Positions 1 through 13,651 of a stretch of 64,000 nt of DNA are shown here, in pieces (position 1 is the first letter of the stretch; the number at the start of each line of letters is the position of its first letter). The notes under the pieces were generated by a model. The model was not told where the DNA came from and did not search any database. It saw only the letters and a list, made by a program, of their open reading frames with translations. The position numbers and the translations under genes are program-made. The stretch comes from Selaginella moellendorffii (taxonomy: Eukaryota > Plantae > Lycopodiophyta). Location: positions 186,001-250,000 of the forward strand of contig NW_003314367.1 in assembly GCF_000143415.4 (NCBI RefSeq), in the 5' to 3' direction.

Positions 1-283
1 AAGATCTTTCTCCCCAAGATCACTCCTTCTCCAAAGCACTTTTAAAATTTTTTTTCCATATGGCCTTTCAATTCTTTCTTTGCTCTTTCTTTTACACTGG
101 CTAGACCGCTGCCACGATGGATGCGAGGCAAAAGTGATCCAATGACATGAGCGGCGTTTTTCCGGTTGGCAGTCCACGTCATCCCCAGACCACGTGTTCT
201 TGGTACATTGACCACACGCTCGCCTTGTGGTGACATTCATTCGTGGAATCCTCTAACCTAGCCCGCAGGTAGTGTTCTTGGCG

Positions 284-3200
284 ATGGCACTGGAGCTCGA
301 CGGTGCCACCGGCAGCGATGAGAGCGCGATTCAGCAGCAGGATAGATCTTTCTCCAGGGAATCGCTGCCGCCGATGTTTGTGATCGTGTATTTCCACAAG
401 GCTATTCGTCTGGAGCTGGAGCGCATCCACGAGACGGCAATGTCGATGGATAGGAGCAGCGGGCAGGATTTTAGATCCCTGGCGGAGAGGTACAATTTCT
501 TGAGAGAAATCTACGAGCACCACAGCCAGGCGGAAGATGAGGTGATTGCTAAGGTGTGAGAATTGTCAATGTCGACTATACGTTTTTTTCTTTTCCAGGT
601 GATTCTTCCGGCTCTAGAATCTCGCGTCAAGAACGTCGCGCGCTCGTATTGCTTGGAGCATGTTGTGGAGAACGATCTACTCAACGAAATGTCCCAGCTT
701 CTCTCCACACATTTGGGGGATCAAACCGATTCGTCATGGCAGGAAATCATCTCTTGCACGGAAGCAGTGCAAAGAACAGTATGCCAGCACCTTTCGAAAG
801 AAGAAGGCCAGGTAAGTAACTTTGGACAAAGTGTTTCCATTGTTTCTATACGGTTTTTCTACTTCTTTTCCAGGTCATTCCGCTGCTCATGCAGTACTAT
901 AATCGCGAAGAACAAGCTAGCCTTGTCTGGCAGTTTATGGGCAATATTCCTGTGAAGCTCATGGAGATCTTTCTTCCGTGGCTTGCTTCCTCCTTGACTT
1001 TGGAAGAATGTAAACACATGGAACTTTGCTTTCGGGAAATCGTTCCAGCAGAAGAGCTTCTACAGGAGGTAAGATTTTGGTACGTAACACCCCAACTGCA
1101 CAGTTTTGAACGAATGCATGTAGGTAATTACTGAATGGTTTAAACGGGACCACAGTAAATTCAGGCTGGGGGCCAACAGAGCTCCAAAGACCACTCCAAA
1201 ACCTGCGAAGCAAGCTGGAACCGACGTCCGGTTTATCACGCGATCGCCACTCAACGATTTACTTCACTGGCATCAGGCTATAAAGCGCGAACTTCTTAAC
1301 ATAACTGAGGAGATCAAGGATTTGACGTCACTGGCAACCTTGAGCGAGCGAATGGAGTTTGTAAGTAAAGTATGGAGTTTTCACAGGTGTGTTTTTCCAT
1401 GCTTGGTGAATAACAGAGCTGAATGTGTGTTTACAGTGCAGCTGAGGATAAGTTCGTGTTTCCTCCAATTGGCAAGAAACTTGATCATGCTGTACAAGAC
1501 GAAGTGTGCAGTGAGGCTTTGAGAGTACTTGAAAATACTCTTAAAAACAACTGCAGCTCAACTGCTGTCATCACCCAGGCTGAGCTTTTACTTGATGCTG
1601 TTGAAGCACATTTCTCTATTGAAGAAACTGAGGTAACGATTCCTTCGGTTGTGTCGTTTCTCATTCATTCTTGAACAGTTCTTACCTCTTGCAAGTAAGC
1701 TTTTCAGCATTGACGAGCAGCGAACGTTGGTTTATGAAAGCCTCAAAACCATGCCTTTGGTTTTCTTGAGGCGAGTCCTTCCATGGATTGTTAACTGCGT
1801 TACTGCCAAGGAGGCGAAAGATATGCTTGTTAACATAAGACTGGCAGGTCTGTTTTATTTTCTAAAGCTTTTCTCGAGATTCAATGCGTTTTTTCTGCAG
1901 CACCTCAGGGTGACAGCATCCTGGTTGCTCTGCTGACGGGGTGGGCTTGCGAAAACCATTCGCATGTTTGGGATCTCTTAAAAAATGAGAGCCTAAAGGT
2001 TTCAGGAAAAAGGAGCTGTCAGTTGGCAGCCGACAGGCCTTCGAAGCTTTTCCGGAGTGAATTGAGTCTGTTGTCCAAGTCACTGCAGCTGGAGCCTGAT
2101 TTGAAAGGAAGCAAGCGGTCCACAGGGAAGCAGCAACTGAAACCAATCGACCAGATTTTCCAGTTTCACAAGGCAATAAGAAAAGACCTGGAGTATTTGG
2201 ACGTAGAATCAGCGCGACTCTTGGACTGCACCGACGAGTTCCTGGGACAGTTTAGAGGAAGGTTCTACTTCTTATGGGGCCTGTATCGTGCTCACAGCAG
2301 TGCCGAAGACACCATTGTCTTCCCGGCACTGGAGGCAAAGGAGGCTCTACTCAACGTCAGCCACTCTTACATGATAGATCACAGGCAGGAAGAGGATCTC
2401 TTCAACGAGATTTCAGCGATTTTGTCAACATTTTCGAGCCTTGTCACCCAATCTCAGGAGAAAACAGAAGGGGATGAAGCACACCAACACTTTCTTGCTG
2501 CAAAGCTGCAGCGCATGTGCAAGTCCATGCGCATTTGCCTCGGGAAGCACGTTGACAGGGAAGAGTCCGAGCTCTGGCCACTTTTCGACAAACACTTCTC
2601 AGTCCAAGAGCAAGACAAAGTGATGGCCAGGATAATAGGATCGACTGGTGCAGAAGTTATCCAAGCCATGCTACCGTGGGTGACAGCCGTTTTGACCGAA
2701 GAAGAGCGTAACTCGATGATGGAAACATGGGAACAGGCAACTCGAAACACTTTGTTTCAAGATTGGTTGAGTGCCTGGTGGACGGCGCCGTCGACGTCGC
2801 GCCAACGACCTACAAAAGAGACTTCTGTATCTACAAAAGACTGCCTACAGTCTTTGGTCGAGTACTTTTCTGAAGGAAAGGATACAGGTGGTGACACTCG
2901 TGATGACTCTGAAACGTTCAAGCCGGGTTGGCCTGAAATTTTCAGGCTCAACCAGGAAGAACTGGAGGCCGCAGTTCGAAAGCTATCTACTGATGCGTCA
3001 CTAGATCCTCGCCGCAAAGCTTACCTCATGCAGAACCTGATGACATGGTAAGCAAGTCATTAAATTACGCTTTCGACTGATCAAACCTTTTACACGAGCA
3101 GCCGTTGGATGGTTGCTCAGCAAAAGCTTCGCGATCAGCGATTGACGGATTCGGAACCGGCTCCAAGCTATGCTGACGAAGAAAACAAAGTTTTTGGCTG

Positions 3201-4188
3201 CAAGCACTACCGTAGGAACTGCAAACTTCGGGCTGCCTGTTGTGGTAGCTTGTTCACTTGCAGGCTTTGCCACGATGAAGCCAGTGACCATACAATGGAC
3301 AGGTACGCTTCTTGTCTTTATTTTCAATCGCCGAGGCATTTTTTTTCTGATCTTGCCAGGTACCAGACCTCAGAGATGCTGTGCATGCAGTGTCTAAAGG
3401 TTCAGCCTGTTGGGCCAAACTGCACCACACCGTCGTGCAATCGTTTCTGCATGGCGCGGTATTACTGCCCCATCTGCAAGTTTTTCGACGACGACTCGAA
3501 AAGGTTTGTCCAATGACAGATTCTACTTGACAGGCTAAAACTTTAGTTTGCAGGAGCATTTATCATTGTCCTTTCTGCAACATTTGCAGAGTGGGATCTG
3601 GTTTAGGCCAGGAGTTTTTCCATTGCTTGGTATGCAACGGATGCATGTCCAAGACTCTGGAGCAGAGCCACATCTGCAGGGAGAAAGGAACAGAAACGGA
3701 CTGTCCTATCTGCTGCGAGCAGATTTTTTCGTCGGTGCCCGACGTGAAGAGCCTTCCATGCGGGCATTATATGCATTCGTCATGCTTTTTGGTAAGTGCT
3801 CTTTTCCTCGTTTTTGTATCCTTTTACGCCGATGCTTCTTGTAGGCCTACAGCAGCAACCATTATACGTGCCCGATATGCTGCAAGACATTGGGCGACAT
3901 GGGAGTAAGTATTTAAAGTGAAGTTTAGAGCTACGACTGATCGATCAAGTTTCAGCTATATTTTGGCTTGTTGGATGCTCTCATGGAGGCAGAGCAACTT
4001 CCCGAGGAGTACCGTGGCCGCAAAGAGGTGCAGTGCAATCTTCCAATCATTTCTCACGAGAGCTCATCTTTGCTGTGGAATTGTAGACTATCTTTTGCAA
4101 CGATTGCGAGCGGAAGGGAGAGGCCCAATTTCATTGGCTTTACCACAAGTGTGGCGCATGCGGCTCGTTCAACACGAAGACTATATAA
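284..4188 (+). CDS. BTS: BRUTUS/HRZ-like iron-sensing E3 ubiquitin ligase (3 hemerythrin domains + CHY zinc finger + RING + zinc ribbon), multi-exon
   Basis: ATG 284. HHE motifs FHKAIRLELE..HHSQAEDEVI, WHQAIKRE..HSAAEDKFVFP and FHKAIRKDLE..HSSAEDTIVFP. CHY GCKHYRRNCKLRAACC; RING CPICCE..PCGHYMHSSCF; C-terminal FHWLYHKCGACGSFNT ending TAA 4186-4188. Short GT-AG introns. Confidence 0.95.
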
Positions 4189-4459
4189 ACTTTCCTTTTT
4201 GTATCGACGTGCAGAAGGTAAGCGGCTTGATCTACGACTTCTTCCTTCGCTTCCTCGCTAATGCAAACACTTCCTCCAGAATTTGACTTTCCTCGAGTTT
4301 TCGGTCAAGTCAGCATGAACATGTAAGCCGGCCCTGGTAACGAGGGAAGATGTGAAGAAGCAGGAGACGGAAGCTCGGAGGGTGTTTCTGGAGGAAGCTC
4401 TCCTCGCAATATATCCAAGGGCGGGGCGCTATCTTGCGACCAGATGCTCGAGTGCTGCA

Positions 4460-5335
4460 ATGAGTTCCACAGGGGGGCCGCCGGGCGATTTCTCTCCAAA
4501 CAGCTCCGCGAGGATCAATGCCACAATTGGCATAGCGGCATTCGTGGTGATCTTCGGCTGCGTGGCCTTCTTCATCACACTGGATCTGTGCCTCCGCGTG
4601 CTGTTGCGGCGGTACACGGGGATAATTCCGCTGGGGCAGCGGCAGCCAGGGACAGGAACTCACGTGAATCTGCTCAACAAAGGCCTGGACCAAGGCGTGA
4701 TCGATTCGCTGCTACCAGCTTTCGTCTACGGCAAAGAAGGATATGTGGGGGCAACGACAGAGTGCGCGGTCTGCCTCTCCGAGTTTGAAGATGGCGAGCG
4801 AGGAAGGCTCCTCCCGAAATGCAACCATGCCTTCCACGCCGGCTGCATCGATATGTGGTTTCAGTCGCACGCGACGTGCCCGATCTGCCGGAGCCCAGTC
4901 GTGGACAATCCGGATGCGAGTTCCAGCGCTGGAGCTGCTACTGCTACTGCGACTGCGACTGCTACTATCACCATCAGCGAGAGCGAGAGCTCACGAGACA
5001 ACGCTCCAGCGAGTCCTATCCAAGTCGCTTCTTCTTCTTCTCTTTCCTCGGAGGATCTAGCGGAGCTGCAAGGCTCCTCCTCTCATCCGGCTGCTCCAGT
5101 GGTTATCATCATCCCTCGAATGGAGGAGGATGGCTCGAGCACCGGTGCTGCCGATGGTTTGTCGTCTGCTCGATCGTCCTTCCACTCGGTGATCGATGTG
5201 AATAAGGAGCAGCAGCCCGAGCCCAAGTCGCCGGTTGTGGCTGCGACGACGATGGAGCGATTGCGGAGCCTGGGAAGAATTTTGAGCCGGCGAGACTTGG
5301 GGAGTACCACGCAGCTTCCCAGTCCACGGGTTTGA
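4460..5335 (+). CDS. ATL-family RING-H2 E3 ubiquitin ligase, intronless
   Basis: N-terminal TM ([23 protein letters not shown]), GLD motif ([11 protein letters not shown]), RING-H2 [34 protein letters not shown]. First ATG at 4460 (the ORF track starts at an upstream GTG). Confidence 0.93.
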   Translation: MSSTGGPPGDFSPNSSARINATIGIAAFVVIFGCVAFFITLDLCLRVLLRRYTGIIPLGQRQPGTGTHVNLLNKGLDQGVIDSLLPAFVYGKEGYVGATTECAVCLSEFEDGERGRLLPKCNHAFHAGCIDMWFQSHATCPICRSPVVDNPDASSSAGAATATATATATITISESESSRDNAPASPIQVASSSSLSSEDLAELQGSSSHPAAPVVIIIPRMEEDGSSTGAADGLSSARSSFHSVIDVNKEQQPEPKSPVVAATTMERLRSLGRILSRRDLGSTTQLPSPRV

Positions 5336-5577
5336 AAGGTTTTTTGTTCTTGTTCTTGGAGCTTGAAAAGTTTTGTTCTTGTTCTTGGAACTTGTTTGTA
5401 CATAAACATAGACAAAATTATTCTATGGAACATTCTTTTGATTAAAACTCTTCTAGAACTACCAAGCCTCACTTTTTTAGCTTGAATTCGACCATCTCTC
5501 GGTAACTTGATTTGATGACTCCTTCCAGCCAAGAACATTGGGCTTCCTAGATTTCACTAAATCCGCCTATGTACAAG

Positions 5578-7523
5578 TCATACCTCGCGGATGTTCATGT
5601 GCCACGAGAGCGTTCCACCCTGCTCCCCGACCAGTTTCAACGCCTTGTTCGAGTGCCCGTTTATAAATCTCTTCGTGACCTGCAAGGAAAAAGGAATCGC
5701 GTGCCTGAGTTTTTCAAGACGAGCAGCAGCGAGTACCTGGGTGCAACCAAAGAGCCCGAGCTCCACGAGATTGGGACAGGAGTCCGCCAGGAATCCAAAC
5801 CCGTCCTCGGTCGCCCTGCGGCAAAAGGACGCATTTAGTGTTTCTAGTGTCCGGCTTGCGTGCTTTGCAAGAGCCACTAGCGTCCGGTCGCCAGCCTGAG
5901 AAAGAAAGGACGCAGTGAGGTTTAGAGAAGCTTGGATCGCTTCATAAATGATCGACGTGCCTTTTTCACGCTTGCGATGGACAGGTTGCGCAGTGAGCTT
6001 CCAGCGGCCGCGACAAAGTCCGCCAGTACCTCATCACTGAGAAAAAAAACAAAACAAAACTTGTGTAAGTAAGAGATGAGAAGAAGGGCAGCAAAGATAC
6101 CTGAAGTCGCCTCCGTCCAACGATAACTTACAAAGTGTCTTACAGCCTTCTGTAAGATGGTGTAAGGTGACGTCTGTAAGCTCCAAGCCTTCTAAGTGCA
6201 AGCTTTTCAAAGTAGAACCGCAAGCTGCGACAGCCGCCATGCCGTGGTCCGTAACACTGCACAAAACAATCCCGCGGATCTCAGTGAGAAGTAAAAGCAG
6301 CAAAGACGGTTGGTTACCTGCAATGCGAGATATTGAGCTCTTCCAGTTTCAGCCCCCTAGCCACCATGAGCTCACTCAGCACTTCGTCGGTGACTTCTTT
6401 CACGCTGGCGAGAGAAAGAACCGTGAGCTCAGGCAGCCTCAAAAGGGAAGGCAACACTTTTCTCCCAATAATCCCATCACATCCTTCCAGTGAAAGGCTC
6501 TGGAGGAAAGGCCCGTGAAAGGTTGCTAGCTCCTGGACGGACGACTCGGTAATACAGCAGCACTCGACAAGCTCCACGTCTCTCAGACCTCTGGTGGCTG
6601 ATTGTATTAGTGCGCGCAGTCCCGAGTCTGACACGCGATAGTTCCCATGCAGCCGAAGCTTCCTCAGCTTTGGAAACGCGAATCTCAGCAGCATTTGGTC
6701 GGAGAGAGCTCGGCCACAAAACCCGAGCTCCAAAGCCTGGAAATTAAAAAAAAAAAAAGCTTGGAGAGAGAGAGGGAAGGAGACAAACCTGCACTTCATC
6801 AAGGGAAGAGTTCTCCATCAGCTCGGTGAACTCCTTCTCCGGGATTTTGCTGCAATCCGGGAGCAAGATCTGCGAGAGAGGTCCTGCCATGATTATCTGG
6901 GCTGCCTTTGGAGTGATCTTCCCAAGCTCGTATAGCTTGGACGTAATGCAACACTTTAAGGCCTCCGGCACCCCTTCCAAGGACTCGACGTGATCGATCT
7001 TCTGGCAGAGAAGCTCGATACACATAGAGAACAGAGACGGAGGCGCGCCAGGCAAATCCACATCGGGAGAAGAGCCCCTCGATGGTTCCCACTCGATGAT
7101 CTTAGGAGGCGGCGGTTCGACCGGCTTGGGAGCTTCCGCAAGATCATCGTTCATGAAATCCTCGTCGCCGTCAATCTGTGCCCGCCTCTGTGGCTGCCTC
7201 GCTCTGGAGAAGAGCTCTTCCTTGTTGTCGGCGCTGTAGCGAGCATAGAACGCGGCCCTGTGCCGAGCGGTGGTGAGATTCTTGGCCTTGAGCCTATTCC
7301 TCGTCTCGCGCCCGGTATCGAGATCCATCGCCGGCTCCCGCTCCGGCTCTGGCACTGGCGGCTGCTCCTCGATTTCCATGGCCTCGGCCTCCGATTCGGA
7401 TTCCACCGTCACTTTGGCCTTACCTTTCCTTCTAGTCCTGGCTTGATCGTCGTCGGAGGAAGCATCGCTCTCCTGCGCGGTGGCGCGGCGCAGGGCAGCG
7501 CGACGGCGTCTCCGGAGCTCCAT
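5578..7523 (-). CDS. RAD7: RAD7-like RNI/LRR protein (nucleotide excision repair E3 adaptor family), multi-exon, apparently the intact copy
   Basis: PPSLFSMCIELLCQKIDHVESLEGVPEALK motif followed by cysteine-containing LRRs (LELGFCGR, LRLHGNYRVSD, LNISHCR, LNASFCRRATEDGFGFLADSCPNL..LFGCTQ). Resembles plant RAD7 homologues (recognised from memory, not searched). Confidence 0.75.
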
Positions 7524-7625
7524 CGCTCGCAAGAACCCTAAAATATCGGTCCCTTAGCAATCAAAGCACTTGGAATGGGAAGCTTGTCAAAGAAGAGCAA
7601 AGCGCGGGAACCGTTCGATCCTAGG

Positions 7626-8396
7626 TCACGATGTTACGTACAATGGGCCACTTGTCCACTTTCTTGGCGGGCCGTTCGTACAGTGGTGTAATGGGACGTA
7701 GGGCGAGGCAGCGTCTTGCTTGGCGCTGCAAGAGATGGCGGCCAGGGGGCCGGATTGGCCTCGCGAATCAATGCTGCTACTCCAGTTCCTGTGCCACGGT
7801 CGTGGATTCTCGCGATTTCCATCAGTGTAGAGCGGCAGTGGGCCGGAGGCGCTGGATTTCTTCCTCCGGGGCGGATTCTCGGAAATCTTGATCTTGTCGT
7901 GGTGATTTCGCGAGGAGCTGTGGATCTTGGCGCCGGCGTGGTGACTCCGCGAGGATTTGTGGCCGCTGCGCCAGAGTAGGAGCAGCGGATCGATCCAGGA
8001 CCAGGATTTCGTCCTCTTTTTCTTGGCGGGGGATTGCTGGCGCCGGCTGTGATCGTCGAGAATAGGAGGGGGCACGAAGTAGACCTTGGCTGTCCGCTGG
8101 TACTTTCCATTGCTCGTGCTCTGCTTGGAAGATTTTGGATGGTGTTCCTGGTGGTTCTTGCCGTCCTCGTGGATCGCTCTCTTGCTGGATGCGGCTGCTT
8201 GCTTGGCGTAGCTCCGAGCTTCCTCTAGCACCTGTGAGGATCGCAGCTCTCCAGATTTGTTCCACATCGAGGATCAATCTCTTACCTGGGCGTAGTCGAC
8301 TTCCGGATCGAAGAGGAGCTCCTCCAGGCACGCGGCTTCGATGCTGTGGAGCACAAGAGGAGGAGGGGGAGGAAGAGGAGAAGGATGGCACTCCAT
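7626..8396 (-). CDS. Plant-specific uncharacterised protein (FDPEVD..LEEAR / SGPL motifs), 2 exons
   Basis: ATG 8396 MECHPSPLPPPP..LFDPEVDYAQ, 54-nt GT-AG intron 8232-8285, then VLEEARSYAKQ..SGPLYVTS*. Confidence 0.7.
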
Positions 8397-9504
8397 CTCG
8401 ACTTCTTCCTCATCAAGAGTTACTCGATCCTTGGCAGCTCTCTTCGCTGCAAATGGTAAAATCTATCAACACTTTTCTTCCAGAGCTGCGCTACACTGAC
8501 TGACTTACAGGTGCTGGAGCTCCACAGGAAAGCACCCATGATCGTCGCAGCCGCATAAAAAACGAAGAAGGGATGAATCTACCTCTCCTCTTCTTCGATC
8601 CGGCGAGGATAGATTCAAGACCTGTGTGTGTCTGGACCACCTCGAAGCTGCAAACCGCAGGAACAACAGTGACCTCTGCATTGGATTCACAGAAGTGAGT
8701 TTTTCTTCTTTTCTTTTTCCTTTTTTTCTCTACAGCATTGATCGGCTTACCAGTGTGTGTGCGTTGCCAGGGGTGTTTCAGGAGGATTGATGGCCTCTTT
8801 TGTTCCTTCTCCAAGCCCTGCTCGTGAAACAAAAGTGGAGAAAGCGATGCATGCGTGCTAAGACGCGAGGAGCAAAAACTAAAACCGAGGATCCCAGCAG
8901 TGGTCAACCCTCGACTTAAATACGAGAAGCTCTCGGCTAGCTCCCGGACACTGTAGCAGACTCGGACAGCTTTTCCTTCCGAGACTCAGGTGCGGCGCCT
9001 CTGCACAAGCTTTGCAAACTGTTCTTTAATTTTTTACTCTTCTTTACTGGCTGGCCCAGCTTTTCAAACGGGGGAGCGAGAGGGAGCAAGCGAGAGCTCC
9101 GATCCGATCACCGCACCGCAAAGGCACCCGTGATTTTTTTCTTGGCGTTACGTAGAATCCCTTTTGGTCTGCCACCGCTTTTCCAAAGAGGTACCTTTAA
9201 TTCCTTTATTTGTTTGGCTCTGGGGGAGTATCATGGGAGCACGTTTGGCTTCTGTCTGGCTAGAAAGAATTAGAAGCTTTCATCCTTAAACCGACTCAAA
9301 GCTTGACTTTGATGTGGTTTTCCAGGTATAAAAAGATTATCCTCGCAACTCGGGATCAAAGTGTGCTCGTTTTCCCGTAGGAATGATGTCGTGTTTGACA
9401 ATGTAGGTGGTACGCATGGGAAGAACTTGTATGAGCAGTAGTAGCGAGGTGTGTAAGGAAAAGTTTCTTTCTTCGTTAACTAAAACCTCTGAGAAAAGAT
9501 TTAC

Positions 9505-10130
9505 AAAGCTCACATTTGCAGTATGCTGCCGACGGCCGTGAATCTTGTACCCGTCCATGAACTCGAGAGTCAGCCGGCAACAAGTGTTCCCCGAGTTTTC
9601 GAGAATGATGTACTCCAGTCCGGTGATCTCGCAGAACTCCACCGCTTGCAGGGACCATCGGCATCAAGCTGCTTGGTGTCTAAGTAGTCTTGATGTCCTT
9701 GCGATCACCAGTTTCAATTCAAACATAATTCAAGACTAGCTCGTTGGATCTCTTCCCTGTCGGAAGTACACCACCTCTGTCAAGAGTCATCAGGACACGT
9801 TGGTCGCGTCCCAAACCTGTGCAAACAATTGCTAGAAATATAACTTTTAACGCTTACCCTGGCAAGCTCGTCCGAACTCCCAGTGACGAAATATGATCCA
9901 TTCCCGTTGGGGGCGTCCCATTCCTGGAGAAGAATCCATGGTACCTCCGGGGCATGTAGGAGCTCGTTCCAGAGCTGGCCAGTGGCTCTCTCGCAAGGGC
10001 CGCTCCACAGGAAATGCATGATAAGGATATGGAGATCACCTCGATGATAAGCTCCAACATCAGACCATGTTTCAGCTTGAGTCTGCACGAGCCGTCAGCT
10101 AAGCTGCATGAAGATTGAACCCGAGTCTAC
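9505..10130 (-). pseudogene. Highly deleted WD40-bromodomain (PHIP/BRWD-like) remnant
   Basis: GDLHILIMHFLWSGPCERATGQLWNE joined to YFVTGSSDELARV and VEFCEITGLEY fragments; collinear with the copy at 33.7-38.6 kb. Confidence 0.8.
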
Positions 10131-10543
10131 TTGAAGACAGAAAACTTGAAAGCTTCGATTAAATCGTGTTCCGTTATCATACAAAGCAATTGAAGTGTAC
10201 CCAGAAATCCCGGTCTGCTGAATAAATAGTTACACTGATCCACCTACAAGAAAGTACTATTAGACACTGCCAAGCCACGTTCATGTCTATGTTCTTGCCC
10301 GGAAAAGACTTACTATCAGAAGCTCAAGACATGAGCCTTTTTTTTTCGAGGAGACGAAGACCCGAATCAGAAAAAATTTCCTGTCAAAAAACAGAACAGT
10401 TGGTCGTTTCTATGAATCAACTACTGATCACATGGTCCCACTTACCAACCACTGTGCGGTCTGCACACGACTGGATCAAGCCATTCAAACTCTGATAAAA
10501 TATTTTCAAAAAACGCACAAAATCAAAATTCACAAATGCTTAC

Positions 10544-11081
10544 CAGATAGAGCCTTGTAGAACAGTCGTTCATTGCTTGACTGTGGGCTGAAGCTGCCTC
10601 AGCTTGCAGGGCATCTCGCATCATCATCGCATCAGCCCTCACCACTCCATGCAAGGCACCAAAATCCTGTATCACTGCAGTAGTTGCACTTGCAGAAGCA
10701 AGACTGTGCAGTAGCTATTACTAGCATCAAGCAGGATTGCACATCATGCACACTACTCGCACATCATGCTTGACGCTGGCAATAGCTACTCCCAAATCAT
10801 GCTTGAGGCTGGAAAAATCCTGCTTCAGGTTGGTAGTAGCTGCTATGAAGTCCTGTTTGAGGATGGAGGTAGCTACTCCAAAGTTCTAGTTAAGCCTGAA
10901 AAGGTCCTCCTTGAGAGCTCTATGGAGAGCTTGCAGATCCTCCTTCACTACTCCCCTGATTGAAGAAGCCATGGTGATGACGCTCTTGGTGATGACGGTA
11001 ATGAGCGGCAATGCAAACTACCGTAGTGAAAGTACAAACACCCATGGTGATTGCCACAATCACACTCACGTTCACATCCAT
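10544..11081 (-). pseudogene. TM + 11/7-residue repeat protein (family E), longest repeat variant, disrupted
   Basis: MDVNVSVIVAITMGVC then frameshift; KEDLQALHRAL-KEDLFRL*..KQDFIAATTNL-KQDFSSL-KHDLGVAIASV-KHDV; same GTAAGC donor as other E copies. Confidence 0.65.
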
Positions 11082-11359
11082 TCTGATGGGCACAAAACCA
11101 GAATAATCAAAACCACCTGCTCACCTGAGCGGAGCTGGAGCGCTAGGGTTGCTGGAGCTGAAAATGAGACCTTGCCTGGCGCTCTGGAAGGCAATGCAGC
11201 TGCAAAGGACGAATAAACGAAATCAGCAAGGGGGAGAACATTGCATCAAAAGATGTAATTATCTCTGCTTGAAACCCTTTTAGGGCAACGCCGACTATTA
11301 GCAGCATTTCTCCCTGAAAAATCCTATCAAGCCCACTCAAAGAAACGCGATTTTTTTAT

Positions 11360-12680
11360 TTGCAGGTAGACGAGCAGCAGGTACGTGGGTGCAACGCAAC
11401 CAAAGAGTCGGAGCTCCACGAGATTGGGACAAGGAATCCAAACCCGCCCTCGGTCGCTCTGCGGCAAAAGAACGCACTAGCTTGGATCGCTTTGATCGAC
11501 GTGCCTTCTTCACGCTTGTGGTGGACAGGTTGCGCAGCGACCTTCCAGCGGCCGTGACGAAGTCCGCCAGTACCTCGTCACTGAAAAGGAAACAAAACTT
11601 GTGGAAGTAAGAAAAGGCAGCAAAGATTCACCTGAAGTCAAACGATGGTGTCCCAGTGCTCGAGATATTGAGCTCTTCCAGTGTCGGCCCCCTAGCCACC
11701 ATGAGCTCACTTAGCAATTTGTCGGTTCACGCTCGCGAGACCGCTGCAGCAATTGGTCGGAGAGTGCTCGGCCACAGAGCCCGAGCTCCAAAGCCTGAAA
11801 AAAAAAAAGTTATACATTGTAAACGGAGAGAGAGAGAGAGAGAGCAACCTGGACTCCATCGAGGGGAGAGTTTTCCATCAACTCCTGGGATGAAGATCCG
11901 CGTGAGAGGTCCTGCCAGGATTATCTGCACTGCCTTGGGACAAGCTCGTATAGCTTGGACGTAATGCACGGCTTTAAAGCCTCCCGCACCCCTTCCAAGG
12001 ACTCGACGTGATCGATCTTCTGGCAGAAAAGCTCGATTAGCAGCTTATACCACGCGAAGAAAGTGTGAGAATTCTTGCAAGCTTTGCTCGTCCTGACTAT
12101 GGAAGCTTACCAGTCATAGTCGTTCTTCTCCGGCTCCAAGCCTAGCAGATCGTTAGGGCTCTTCTGCTGCAGTCGCGGAGCACAGATTGACGGCGAGGCT
12201 GGTGGAGCCGCCACCTCCAAAGATCATCGAGTGGCGTGCGCTTCCTTGTTGTCGGCGCTGTAGTCATAGAACGCGCCCTGTGCCGAGCGCGGCCTCCGAT
12301 CCGGATTCCACCGCCTTACGTTTCCTACGCATCGCTCTCCTGCGCGGTCGCAAGAACCCTAAAATATCGGGAGACGTCGGGTGTTCGATCCTCGGTCACG
12401 AGGTTACGTACCATGGGCCACTTGTCCGCTTTCTGTTCGTACAGTGGTGTGACCGGATTGGCCGCGCGAATCCATGCTGCTGCGTGGATTCTCGGTGTAG
12501 AGCGGGGCGCTGTTTCTTCCTCCGCGGGCGCACCACGATCACGATCTCTTACCTGATAATGGGCTTCCGGATCGAGGAGTCCAGGCACGGCGCGCCTTCG
12601 AAAGGATGGCGCTCCATCTCCTCGACTTCTAGCGTTACTCGATCCTTGGCAGCTCTCTTCGCTGCAAAAATGGTAAAGCC
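11360..12680 (-). pseudogene. Degenerate duplicate of the RAD7-like gene and the 7.6-8.4 kb gene (mosaic fragments)
   Basis: Clear nucleotide similarity to 5720-8460 with many internal deletions. Confidence 0.85.
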
Positions 12681-12952
12681 TGACGCTCACGACGTGTTTG
12701 ATAGTGTTAAATAGCGTTCACTTGGAACATCATGATCCGTGCATATACAGGCAAACTCCCGCATTTCCCGTACATCTGAACGAGCAGATTGCAGAGGACT
12801 GTGTTGTTTGTTTGCCAGGACGCATGGATCTCTCTGTGAAGTTGTTTCCCTCTGGCTAAGTCTCTGGTAAGAGCGCAGGATTTCAGCAGCGAGACGTACA
12901 GAGCTGGGCTGATGGTGGTGCTAGAAACGCACATCTCTGTCAACTGAATCAT
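12680..12952 (-). pseudogene. PPR gene 5' fragment (copy 1)
   Basis: MIQLTEMCVSS..MYGKCGSLP identical to the start of the 26616 copy, truncated and rearranged. Confidence 0.85.
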
Positions 12953-12984
12953 CGATCTTATACAGCGCTAGCCTACAGCTTCTA

Positions 12985-13651
12985 TCTAAACTGGTTTTGC
13001 GACTTCCATATCAACAATCCGGCTTGTTTCGTCGGTGCTCGTCTTCTTCTTCGGTTTCTTCATCTCATGTAGACGGACAAGTAGGCAATGCTGAGCAGCA
13101 AAGTGACGAGTGTAAAAGCAGCACCGACAACACTCACGCCTTGCAGAACAGTGCTGCAACCAGATTCTTCAAACCTTTCCACTTGATAACTGCTGAGGCT
13201 GGCCGCCGTGTTCAAGAAGAGCTCAGCGATCACGAAAGAGATCCTGCCAAGTTGATCTTTTAAATAAATGATTTTTTATTTTTTATTTTTTTGCTGAAAA
13301 TACCAGGAAAGAGTGAGGAGGATAATTGCAGCGATCTTGCATCCGCGTCGATGAAGCGACGAAGAACAGCAAGTGCATTTTGTGGCGGCTGTGGCGGTGA
13401 TTTGGCCGAGAAGCAAACACACGGCAGCTCCGATAGCTAATCCGCTTGCTACCCCTCCTCTCTTGGGAGTGCATCTGATTCTGGTGTGATCAGATGAAAT
13501 CTCGTCTTGAATGGTTTCCTACAGCCAATTCAAGGGCGAAGTGAAGGCGGCTTACGTGATAACTTGTGGAGGAAGAACCGACTGAAAGGCCGAACGCGAG
13601 GAGATCCAACGCTAATGTAAATGCAGCAGCGGGATAAAGACATAACCTCAT
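12985..13651 (-). pseudogene. DUF1218-family membrane protein, copy 1 (4-nt deletion near the C-terminus)
   Basis: Near-identical to 26650-27338; lacks gccg at ~13044 relative to copy 2. Confidence 0.65.

Noticed and set aside
6990-8503. Long plus-strand and alternative-frame ORFs
   Set aside because: Shadow ORFs of GC-rich minus-strand genes, with no motifs.
8420-9260. Possible separate gene (ORF 8491-8907)
   Set aside because: Splice-like signals but no coherent protein; may be UTR exons of the gene starting at 8396.
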